Virus record (IMG/VR): IMGVR_UViG_3300035491_000275
Span: 1-35,807 of that record
From: a virus
Taxonomy: Duplodnaviria; Caudoviricetes
Reading direction: 5' to 3' (one strand)
DNA: 35,807 nucleotides
Part shown: positions 8,541 to 16,856 of the stretch, piece by piece
Position numbering within the stretch: the stretch's first letter is position 1
Layout: every line of letters begins with the position of its first letter
Made by a program: the position numbers and the translations under genes
Notes under the pieces: model-generated
What the model saw: only the letters and a program-made list of their open reading frames with translations
What the model was told of the DNA's origin: nothing
Database searches by the model: none

Positions 8541-8923
8541 TTAAATTCTCCTGTTATGATCGCGATATCAACCTGAAACTTCTCCATGTAGTTCCATTTT
8601 GGTTCTGGAAGGAGTTTCAATGCTACAATGGCAAGGGCCTCCAGAACCCAATACCCAACCAGCACATGGAAACCAAGGTACCACGCAGCTACCGTGATTA
8701 CCAGTGAAAAGATAATCACGAAGATAGTACCTAGAGTACCATGCTTCGTGATTTTGTGCCTGTAGCTCTCCCGAACTACGTAACAGAAAGCCAGTGTATA
8801 CTGGCTAAGAGTACAGCCATCGGCTTTACTCTGTTTATACCCTTTGTAGAAAAGGGTGGTATATACAACAATACTGCCAGAGATGATCACCGCTGTGATC
8901 ACGTTGATAATGATGTCTTGCAT
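8537..8923 (-). CDS. Multi-pass membrane protein (128 aa)
   Basis: About three hydrophobic segments; AGGAGG site; first gene after the promoter/leader module. Confidence 0.8.
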   Translation of the reverse strand: MQDIIINVITAVIISGSIVVYTTLFYKGYKQSKADGCTLSQYTLAFCYVVRESYRHKITKHGTLGTIFVIIFSLVITVAAWYLGFHVLVGYWVLEALAIVALKLLPEPKWNYMEKFQVDIAIITGEFK

Positions 8924-9010
8924 GATAGTGTCCTCCTAGGACAGGGGTTAAAGGAAGATGATTCTTCCTATTCACACGTACTATGTATTGTTGAAAAATA
9001 TTCGAATAGA
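8924..9010 (-). promoter_or_regulatory. Phage promoter (8981-9010) plus two-hairpin 5' leader
   Basis: TCTATTCGAATATTTTTCAACAATACATAG; 32 bp (8983-9014) are identical to 28485-28516, and the leader is similar to 25591-25646. Confidence 0.75.
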
Positions 9011-9020
9011 CTTTTGAGAC

Positions 9021-9054
9021 GGCATAGACGGGGGCATTAGCCCCCGTCGTTATG
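9021..9054 (-). terminator. GCATAG-family hairpin
   Basis: GGCATAGACGGGGGC-ATTA-GCCCCCGTCGTTATG at the end of 9050..9355. Confidence 0.7.
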
Positions 9055-9355
9055 ATGTTATACCACGGATAGCCCGACCCACTAACCAGCCCGACACTAC
9101 CAACCACACCATGACCATATAGATCACATAGGGTAGTAGAAATGACAGTAAGGCAAACACGATCAATACCATGGTACTCTGTCTAGGCCACTTACTAAAC
9201 AAAATACCCATACAGTCGATGTACTCCACCCCTACCCGATACCCTATCTCACGCACCCCACCCGATACCATCACATAGGTCACAAAGGGTGCCACCATGA
9301 TCAACCCCATGATCACACAGACCACGATACCCAGACTCTCCCATACCGTCATCAC
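9050..9355 (-). CDS. Membrane protein (101 aa)
   Basis: Two or three hydrophobic segments, GGAG upstream, coupled to the upstream stop. Confidence 0.7.
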   Translation of the reverse strand: MMTVWESLGIVVCVIMGLIMVAPFVTYVMVSGGVREIGYRVGVEYIDCMGILFSKWPRQSTMVLIVFALLSFLLPYVIYMVMVWLVVSGWLVGRAIRGITS

Positions 9356-9636
9356 TCTCCCTCCTGTACCTGACTATACACCAGTCTCCCATCCTCCATC
9401 CAGACTCTAGGACGACCGTCATCACCTGGACCATACCAGAGCCACTGCTTAGGCTCACACTCCCCTTCATACGTCTCCGTAGAGGCTCTCACCACCACAG
9501 CCTGACCATCACTCGCCAACCCCAACAACGTCCCACTCACTGACTCATCAAAGTCTTCTACCACCAACCCAATATCCGGTGCTTCCACATACTCGATTGG
9601 TTTCAACACCTCTTCCATCGATATAAAGACATCCAT
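9352..9636 (-). CDS. Acidic hypothetical protein
   Basis: Likely start MDVF at 9636 after GGAG; the ORF track extends it to 9654. Confidence 0.65.
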   Translation of the reverse strand: MDVFISMEEVLKPIEYVEAPDIGLVVEDFDESVSGTLLGLASDGQAVVVRASTETYEGECEPKQWLWYGPGDDGRPRVWMEDGRLVYSQVQEGE

Positions 9637-9641
9637 CACTC

Positions 9642-9899
9642 TCACTCCCTCCACATACTCATTCTCTCTACCATCTCAGCCCATACACTGCGACTGATAC
9701 CTGGTGGCGTACCGTGTTCTCCTATATACGCAATAGCCTCAGCTACTGTCGTAATATGTCGATAGTAGAATGTCTCTTTATGCCTGTGTCTACTACAGAA
9801 CATAGCAATGGCTTGCCTACGTACCTCTGGATGAATCTTACTCGTATCTACCTGCTTACCTACTCTACGGTATTCTTCAGTCATCTTCATTTCTCTCAT
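9642..9899 (-). CDS. Hypothetical protein (about 80-85 aa)
   Basis: ORF packed with the downstream genes; start uncertain among three Met codons. Confidence 0.55.
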   Translation of the reverse strand: MREMKMTEEYRRVGKQVDTSKIHPEVRRQAIAMFCSRHRHKETFYYRHITTVAEAIAYIGEHGTPPGISRSVWAEMVERMSMWRE

Positions 9900-10354
9900 A
9901 GAAAGAAAATAAAAAGAGTCATCTCACTCTACTCTCATGATATCGCTAGTATAGGTAGAGGTATCTATCAGATCTCTCTCCTGTAATAGCTCATAGAGTA
10001 CAGTGACTGTGTTCTAGATTACTTTTTTAGTTATTTTTTAATTTACTATACTGATTATATAGTACTACGTTTTCCATTCCCTATATAGTGGATGCTACGC
10101 ATCCACAGTATGCTTCAATCTCTGTCTAGCCTTCCACTCCATTCACTCCGTCTGATACTCCTGCTACGCATACGTCTCATCCAGAGCTCATACCGTTACA
10201 GACTATCCATAGATTGATTATCTACCTTGCCCCCCAGATAGGAATGACAGAGAACGATATCAACTGCACTTTTTCCACCCCCCAAACTAAATGAGTCAAG
10301 AAGCAGAAAAACTACACATACCATACCGCATATCGATTCAAAAAATAAAAAGAA

Positions 10355-10388
10355 CATAACAGGGAGGGTATCACACCCTCCCATTATG
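10355..10388 (-). terminator. Intrinsic terminator
   Basis: CATAA..GGGAGGGT/ACCCTCCC.TTATG stem plus a U-tract on the minus strand, right after the stop at 10390. Confidence 0.8.
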
Positions 10389-10389
10389 C

Positions 10390-10794
10390 TCAATGTACCG
10401 TCATAGGTACAGGGGAGTACGTTTTAGTGATACCTTCAAACTGAATAACCCGTTCACTTGTTTTAACCCTTGAACTGATAGTCATTCCAGTAGTCAGCTC
10501 AATCAACTGTACTACAGCAGCTTCTTCATTGATCCGGATAGTACAGGCTACGTTATTCTGCTTAAGCATATCCACATAATCCTTACGAGCAGAACAGAAC
10601 CAGTACACCACATCCTCACGAGTCATATCAGGGTGAGAGTAATCAACGTACCCTACTAATGCATCGATAAGATACACTCCAATCGATCCCATGTGATTAT
10701 AATCGATGTTAGGGTTGTCGTAGGATGTACTGATTAACTCAGCCCATTCCTTAAGACTGGATTCAAAATCAATATCTACTGTCACTTCACTCAT
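10390..10794 (-). CDS. Hypothetical protein
   Basis: Likely start MSEVTV at 10794 with AGGT upstream. Confidence 0.7.
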   Translation of the reverse strand: MSEVTVDIDFESSLKEWAELISTSYDNPNIDYNHMGSIGVYLIDALVGYVDYSHPDMTREDVVYWFCSARKDYVDMLKQNNVACTIRINEEAAVVQLIELTTGMTISSRVKTSERVIQFEGITKTYSPVPMTVH

Positions 10795-10896
10795 TTTTAT
10801 TACCTGATAAAAAAGAAACACCAACCACCTATCTCCTAAGAGGCTAAGGGGGCCAGAGACAGGTCGTCTGATGGCTGGTGTTTCAATGTACGTGAA

Positions 10897-11478
10897 TTAG
10901 AGGTGAATGTTCATGTAGTACACACGACTGAACTCTACCACCGGCTGATTGGTAGCCAAGGTGGTGGTATCACCTTCTACGTTGACTGCCACCTCATTGA
11001 TCCTGCGAATGAGTTTACCGTTACGACTGGAATATCCGTCGTATTCCTTGTTCATGTTCTTGAACATAGACTCACCCAGACCAATGGTCAGAATGCGAGT
11101 AGAGCGATCAAAGACCACCTCACATCCAATGTTCTCGATGTAGTCGAGGGTATCTTCAAATCCACGCTGACGGATCATCTGAACAATGTCAGTGACCACC
11201 GGATGATAACCGGGATGGTTGGTGTAGGTTTCGTGCCATTGTTGGTTACCCATCGCCATGGCATCATGCGCCATCAGGCGCAACCTGGAAGATAGACTAG
11301 GCAGCATAGTCATTCCATTGATAGGGGTGGTCGCTTTGGGTGCGGTCACCTCCTCAGCTTCTTCAATCATGATCTGCTCCAGCAGCAGGTTGTCCAGGTT
11401 GTCCAGTTCAACAGCATTGAATTGCTTTTCCATTTCAAGTTCCTTTACTTCGGTTAAGAGTTGGTCATTCACCGTCAT
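10897..11478 (-). CDS. Hypothetical protein (193 aa)
   Basis: Long ORF with an acidic N-terminus, divergent from 11571. Confidence 0.75.
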   Translation of the reverse strand: MTVNDQLLTEVKELEMEKQFNAVELDNLDNLLLEQIMIEEAEEVTAPKATTPINGMTMLPSLSSRLRLMAHDAMAMGNQQWHETYTNHPGYHPVVTDIVQMIRQRGFEDTLDYIENIGCEVVFDRSTRILTIGLGESMFKNMNKEYDGYSSRNGKLIRRINEVAVNVEGDTTTLATNQPVVEFSRVYYMNIHL

Positions 11479-11570
11479 TATGTATAAGTCAAATATTTTT
11501 CATTTGAATACCATAGCCCGACGTATCGGTATGATTAATCTTACACATACCTCCCTCTTAGGATAGTGTC

Positions 11571-12827
11571 ATGTCAGAACCCACCCCTACCGTCAAGTCG
11601 CTGTTCGACGAGGCCTGTCGCCACATTGTTGTGGATAAGAAGTTTCTCCGTAAGGTACAGACATACCGTCTTAACTTTGCCAATAAGAATGAAGACCATA
11701 TCGCGTTCTTCGGTGGTCATCTCATGGGTGTCCAGGATGTGCGTTTTACCAAGGTGGACCAGATCGAATGGTTCGATAACGTCCTCGATATCGATGATGT
11801 GACTCTTCAGGATGATCTCCTGACGTTGAAGACATTGGTACCGGATCCTAATAAGGTACGTCACGTATCGACCAACGTCATGAACCTATCTTGTCTCTGG
11901 GTATGTCACGCCATTGCTCGTTCCAACCTGAGTCAGAGTGATAAGGAACAGGGGATGATTGATGCGTTGATGATTCTCCAGTATAAGTTCATTTCCTCTA
12001 TCCTGGCGTATTGGTTTCCTAACAAAGCAGATGAGGCAATTGCCACTGCCACGTATGCTCGCTTACCCAAGAAGTTCAAGTTGAAGGAATTGGGTAGTTG
12101 GGGTGCTCTGTTAGAATACCGCGCCGAACAGACGATTGATCGACAATCTCCCCATGTTCGGAATAAGACCATTCAGAAATTTGATGATGATTTCAACATC
12201 ATCTACATGGCGAACGATACACAGGGACGTATCAAGGGCTATCTAAAAAACATCCGAGATGTCTTTGAGATTGTTCGCCATGATCCGACAGCTATCATTC
12301 GCAGTAACTCCAACACCACGGTCAATATGGATGGTGAGGTCATCGTTAAAGATACTCGTAACGTATACTCGACTTATCGACGGTACCTTGAAGAAGTGAT
12401 GGTGGACCGTAATAGTTTCGTTATCCGTGAGTTGGCTGAGATCGTTGCAGGGACTATGCCTAAGTTGCCATACCACAATATGGTACAGGCACTCGAGTAC
12501 ATGGTCAGAAACGCCTCTCGAACCAAGGGCGATCCCAATGTCGGTAAGTTGGCTGACCTGACGTTGGAGCATTTGTTCGATTATCTTTCGACCAACCGCA
12601 ATCGAATCAATCCCAATGATGTAGCTGGTCTGTTGAACAAGATGCGTAACCTCTACACCGCTTCACGTGCTAATAACGACCTGTTACTTCAGATGCGGGA
12701 TATTGGTGAGCTGGTCGTCAAGAAGGCAGTGAAGACCAAGAACGCCAACTTGGTCAAGTCGATTCGTACCGGTGTTGTTTTGTATATCGTAGCACGCACC
12801 ATTACCATGAAGTACTATCGTAAGTAG
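11571..12827 (+). CDS. Conserved phiKZ-like virion structural protein
   Basis: 418 aa, AGGA upstream. NKNEDHIAFFGG.L.GV, KF.LK..GSW and D.QGRIK match a recalled phiKZ-like structural family. Confidence 0.8.
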   Translation: MSEPTPTVKSLFDEACRHIVVDKKFLRKVQTYRLNFANKNEDHIAFFGGHLMGVQDVRFTKVDQIEWFDNVLDIDDVTLQDDLLTLKTLVPDPNKVRHVSTNVMNLSCLWVCHAIARSNLSQSDKEQGMIDALMILQYKFISSILAYWFPNKADEAIATATYARLPKKFKLKELGSWGALLEYRAEQTIDRQSPHVRNKTIQKFDDDFNIIYMANDTQGRIKGYLKNIRDVFEIVRHDPTAIIRSNSNTTVNMDGEVIVKDTRNVYSTYRRYLEEVMVDRNSFVIRELAEIVAGTMPKLPYHNMVQALEYMVRNASRTKGDPNVGKLADLTLEHLFDYLSTNRNRINPNDVAGLLNKMRNLYTASRANNDLLLQMRDIGELVVKKAVKTKNANLVKSIRTGVVLYIVARTITMKYYRK

Positions 12828-12830
12828 TGG

Positions 12831-12868
12831 CAGCATAGAGAGGGGTCCTAGGACCCCTCTCTATGCTG
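12831..12868. terminator. Perfect 38-bp palindrome; bidirectional terminator candidate
   Basis: CAGCATAGAGAGGGGTCCTAGGACCCCTCTCTATGCTG fills the gap between two convergent stop codons. Confidence 0.85.
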
Positions 12869-12870
12869 TA

Positions 12871-15075
12871 TCAATAGACCATCACATCAGGACCATTACG
12901 TTGTCTTGAAGATACTCCAATTCGACTCCTGTCAATATTTAGAGCCTTCCCAGGTCCCTGGTTACGCATAGCAATGCTTTTGCGTTCTTCAGCCAATTCC
13001 TTGATCTTATCGATTGACATGGCTTGATTGTTATCGAACTCATCTGATAACTTACCCACCAAAACCTCCATCCGATTCGTCAACTTTAACCGCTCCAACG
13101 CATTACGTTCAGAAGCAATCCGATCAGTGAGTTGACCAATTTCATCACGGATTGATTGCTGTTCATCGTAACGACGTTGTTCCTGCCAGCTGAGTTTCTG
13201 CTCTGCCTCATAGACTCGACGTTTCACTTCGCTGACAGTGATACCATAGTGTTGCAGGTTTCTGGCATAGGTGAGGAACCAATGTACCATAAGCCACGAG
13301 ATGACATGGTCATCATGACCCGATGCTTCATGGTCAATACGATTCTTACGTTCTACCAGTCGTGCCAACTCGCTTTGCAGACGTTTATCCCGCACGAGAG
13401 TCCCTGTCTTTTTAGCGGCTTCCTGCAACACGGGACCGTAGATAATATCCCTTAACGTACTGTTTGTCGGGAAGCCAAAATACCGGCGATATGACTTATG
13501 GTTATCTCGGTCAGTGATAAAGTCCTGGTAACGGCGTTTATCGGCTGGTGATTCATCCATTGTATCGATGATTGTCGAATAGATACGTTTAGCGGGATCG
13601 ATACCCATGCTAGGAAGTATCAGTAGTAGGATATCGAGAATCCCGATCCAGGTACTCTTAGCTTCTGGAATCATGGTCAGTTTAGGGAATCGGATAAAGA
13701 ACTTGGACAACCACATGGCAAACGTAGACAAGTTAGAATCATTCACTGTCCACGCACCTATGACCTCCAACGTACTGTTGTCAACAATCACACCTGTGAT
13801 GTTATCTCGACCCACGGCGTTTGAGGTATCCATACCCATGGTCAACTCTCGTCCAGGTATACCTGCCCGTACCTCCTCTTCCTTGACGTACCAGCGAATG
13901 GTGTAATTATCACCCCGATCAATTTCTAGATACAGTGGTGTTATCACCGAATCATGCATTTTACGCAGGATGTCCTTGGACAGTGGGTTGCGGGCGTTAC
14001 CCGAAGTCCACTCGTTCATGTAGTCTCGACGAACATCATCACCGGTCTGACGCGATTCAGCAATCTTCCGACGCAGCCATTCATCGGTTTTACCTAGCTG
14101 TCGATGGTTAAATGTACCGTTGATCAGAATCGCTTCTTTGTTACGACATTGCTTACGAACAACGTCGTAGAGCTCTTTCCGATCTTGACAGTCATAGAAC
14201 CGATCATCCCACTCCGCGCCGCCTGTCATCAGGTCGTATGCATACGCCCCCTCCACTGTGTCCAATTCACCAGCGGTTGTAGTGAAGATGTTGCCATAGG
14301 GGAGTCCATTGCGCTCTGCCTCTTCACGTGCAGCACCACCACCTGCGAGCATAACACCGAGAGAGATATGAACATTCTTCAAGAATGCAATTTCGTCAGT
14401 GTGGGAGTGGGGTGTAGTCAAACCACGACCCAGGTTACGGGCAGCGTCTTCATCCTTCTGTGGGATGTAAACGACCATTCGATTACCTTGAGCCATATTG
14501 GTGAATTCTTTCTGGTTGTCAGTGTCTTTCTTGACTATGTTAACCAGGTATTTGGGTAGTAAGTTACGCAACTTCTTCAGACGGGCAATGTGTTCTTTGT
14601 ACAAGTCACCCTTGGTAAATAAGTTAGATCGGGAGTTACGTGCACCAAAGACCTGATACCAAACCGAGATACCGTCTGAGTTCAAAGACTTACCGGTCTG
14701 ACGAATCTGTACGAGAAAATAATCGATGTGGTTAAGAAAACTCCACCATAACGAGATATTGCCTCGATTAGCTTCCAGCTTACTGGGAATGTCACCAGCT
14801 GCTGGTGGTACACGCATAACCTCACGGATAAAGTACCATGGATTGTACGTGCACTCAATCTTTATCTTCATCATCGTCTCGTTACTCAAGACGGGGGAGA
14901 AAGGATCCACTCCTTGAAGATCAGGTTGTAACAGCGCCAGCATGAAAAGATGGTTGCGTACACCCATGTGTTTAAGCAGTGATGAGAATTCGACAAAGGA
15001 GCGATTGGTTGTTTTTGTATCCCAGATAGCACCTGGAAATCTCTCCCAATCCTTTTCGAATAAAATAGTATCCAT
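12871..15075 (-). CDS. terL: Terminase large subunit (phiKZ gp25-like)
   Basis: NPWYFIRE, Walker A RQTGKS, Walker B-like HTDE, motif III TTTAG, nuclease GMDTS and HDDHVISW; GAGGA upstream. Confidence 0.92.
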   Translation of the reverse strand: MDTILFEKDWERFPGAIWDTKTTNRSFVEFSSLLKHMGVRNHLFMLALLQPDLQGVDPFSPVLSNETMMKIKIECTYNPWYFIREVMRVPPAAGDIPSKLEANRGNISLWWSFLNHIDYFLVQIRQTGKSLNSDGISVWYQVFGARNSRSNLFTKGDLYKEHIARLKKLRNLLPKYLVNIVKKDTDNQKEFTNMAQGNRMVVYIPQKDEDAARNLGRGLTTPHSHTDEIAFLKNVHISLGVMLAGGGAAREEAERNGLPYGNIFTTTAGELDTVEGAYAYDLMTGGAEWDDRFYDCQDRKELYDVVRKQCRNKEAILINGTFNHRQLGKTDEWLRRKIAESRQTGDDVRRDYMNEWTSGNARNPLSKDILRKMHDSVITPLYLEIDRGDNYTIRWYVKEEEVRAGIPGRELTMGMDTSNAVGRDNITGVIVDNSTLEVIGAWTVNDSNLSTFAMWLSKFFIRFPKLTMIPEAKSTWIGILDILLLILPSMGIDPAKRIYSTIIDTMDESPADKRRYQDFITDRDNHKSYRRYFGFPTNSTLRDIIYGPVLQEAAKKTGTLVRDKRLQSELARLVERKNRIDHEASGHDDHVISWLMVHWFLTYARNLQHYGITVSEVKRRVYEAEQKLSWQEQRRYDEQQSIRDEIGQLTDRIASERNALERLKLTNRMEVLVGKLSDEFDNNQAMSIDKIKELAEERKSIAMRNQGPGKALNIDRSRIGVSSRQRNGPDVMVY

Positions 15076-15110
15076 TGGTATTCCTCGATGTGTAACACCT
15101 ACAGTATCGG

Positions 15111-15142
15111 CAGAGATGGGGAGGTCCTCCTCCCCATCTCTG
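15111..15142 (-). terminator. Hairpin between structural gene and terL
   Basis: CAGAGATGGGGAGG/CCTCCCCATCTCTG with no U-tract. Confidence 0.6.
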
Positions 15143-16819
15143 TTAGTTACTCTGCTCTACTGCCAGACCAGTAACACCCAGCTGTAGTTCACTCTGGGTG
15201 GTTTCACGTACCCAGCGAATGTAGACAGTCTCGCCCACTACAACATCGTTGAGGATAGGTAATTCCTGATTCCATTGACTGGTGGCAAACTTATAGTCAC
15301 GGGTCTTGGTATGGATGTAGAAATGGGTTGGTTCTGGAGCACGTACTTCAGATGTATCATCAAATAGATGATTCAGCGCCCAGTAATGCTTCTCCAACCA
15401 TTCCATCAGTGTTGTAGCGCCATTGCTGACGGTCAGATACGACAGGTTGGTGTTGACCAAGCGGTTAAATGCTCGGACACCATTGCCGAAGTAGTTGGTC
15501 TGCATCGGATCTACCTTGACCTGCCACTTGTCACCTGCTGAGTTACCTGCTTTAGTTAGGGAGATCTCAGCAGATTGAACAAAGCGGTGGTTGGCGTAGA
15601 TTGGATCTACATTCGACAAAAGGATACCAAACTTCAGTCGCTGGCGGGCTGAGTAGTTCTGTCCATCGAAGGCCACTTCATTGTCAGGAACCTCAACAAT
15701 GCTACGTGGTACACGGTAATAGACATCCCGGTCGATGTTGAAAAGCCAGAAATCCAGATCGTAGCGCAGGGCTGCGAAATTCCATGTCGGGAATGCATAC
15801 AGACGCACACTGTAAGAACTATCGGCTGGAATTGCCTTGATCGAGAAAGGTTCAGTGATGACACCGTTCTCAGTCAGTCCGTGTTCAAGACTGTACTCGT
15901 CTTCACTGAGGCGATATGCCAGAGTGAGGGGTTTGGGGTAAGACTGGATAGTAGGGCTATACCACTGCAACCCATGCAGACTCATTTTACCAGCGCCATC
16001 CAACTGCACTGGGATTTCGATCTGAGTACCGTCGTTATACTGAACCACGCCTGTAACGCCCACAGTGCGCATATCAACGTTGATCGGTACCAGAAGCTGA
16101 GTTGGGTCTGCTTCGGACAGATACGGGCTCTTGAGGCCGATAGAACGCACACGTTTGAGTCCAGCTGCCGAACGACGAACCAGTGTGGTGTTCTGTACCA
16201 GCATGGTGGAATAACTGAGCATGTGACCGGTGTCATTATACAGTACAACGGTCACTACTTCGCCGTCATTGAGACGACGGTTGGTATTGCCAGATGCCGG
16301 TGCCCAGATAGCCCAGTTGTTGATATTGTCGGTACCTACGTGTTCCAGTGGGATGTTCTCACCGAGCATCTCGTTGGAGCTGTTGTAGAATGCACTGATG
16401 ACAACCCCATTTTCACTGATATCATTGCCAAGGAACACTTTGTAATGACTGGCGTCACTGCGGTAGAGGTGGAGACGACCATCTACCTGCAAGGAGTATG
16501 GCATCTGACGGGTGTCGATGTAGACGCGCCAGCTCTCACTCTGAGATCCGGTACCTACACCCAGAAGCTGGTCGACGATGACGTTGGATTCGCTAGATGC
16601 CGGCAAGGTCCAGGGGATGTACGTGGAGAGTCCGGTGGTGATATCGATTGTAGTGACCCGATACCATCCGGAATCAGGATCGACGATCAGATCACCGACG
16701 TTGGGACAGTATTTGCCAGACCCAACCTGACCCGTGAAGATATCACGCATCAACCAGACCTGACCTTGACGATTAAGGTCGACGATACCGACCTGTGGGA
16801 TGTCAGAATTCGTACTCAT
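15143..16819 (-). CDS. Virion structural protein (phiKZ gp26-like by synteny)
   Basis: 558 aa, beta-rich, lies in the terL-sheath block. Confidence 0.8.
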   Translation of the reverse strand: MSTNSDIPQVGIVDLNRQGQVWLMRDIFTGQVGSGKYCPNVGDLIVDPDSGWYRVTTIDITTGLSTYIPWTLPASSESNVIVDQLLGVGTGSQSESWRVYIDTRQMPYSLQVDGRLHLYRSDASHYKVFLGNDISENGVVISAFYNSSNEMLGENIPLEHVGTDNINNWAIWAPASGNTNRRLNDGEVVTVVLYNDTGHMLSYSTMLVQNTTLVRRSAAGLKRVRSIGLKSPYLSEADPTQLLVPINVDMRTVGVTGVVQYNDGTQIEIPVQLDGAGKMSLHGLQWYSPTIQSYPKPLTLAYRLSEDEYSLEHGLTENGVITEPFSIKAIPADSSYSVRLYAFPTWNFAALRYDLDFWLFNIDRDVYYRVPRSIVEVPDNEVAFDGQNYSARQRLKFGILLSNVDPIYANHRFVQSAEISLTKAGNSAGDKWQVKVDPMQTNYFGNGVRAFNRLVNTNLSYLTVSNGATTLMEWLEKHYWALNHLFDDTSEVRAPEPTHFYIHTKTRDYKFATSQWNQELPILNDVVVGETVYIRWVRETTQSELQLGVTGLAVEQSN

Positions 16820-16856
16820 TCATTATTCATGGACTCGGTCCATGCTCCTTTATCAA

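Noticed and set aside
10196-10393. 65-aa minus-strand ORF
   Set aside because: It runs through the terminator hairpin and U-tract, lacks an RBS, and its hydrophobicity comes from T-runs.
12871-15075. Intein or intron in the terminase
   Set aside because: The ORF is continuous with normally spaced motifs, and no intein junction pattern was seen.
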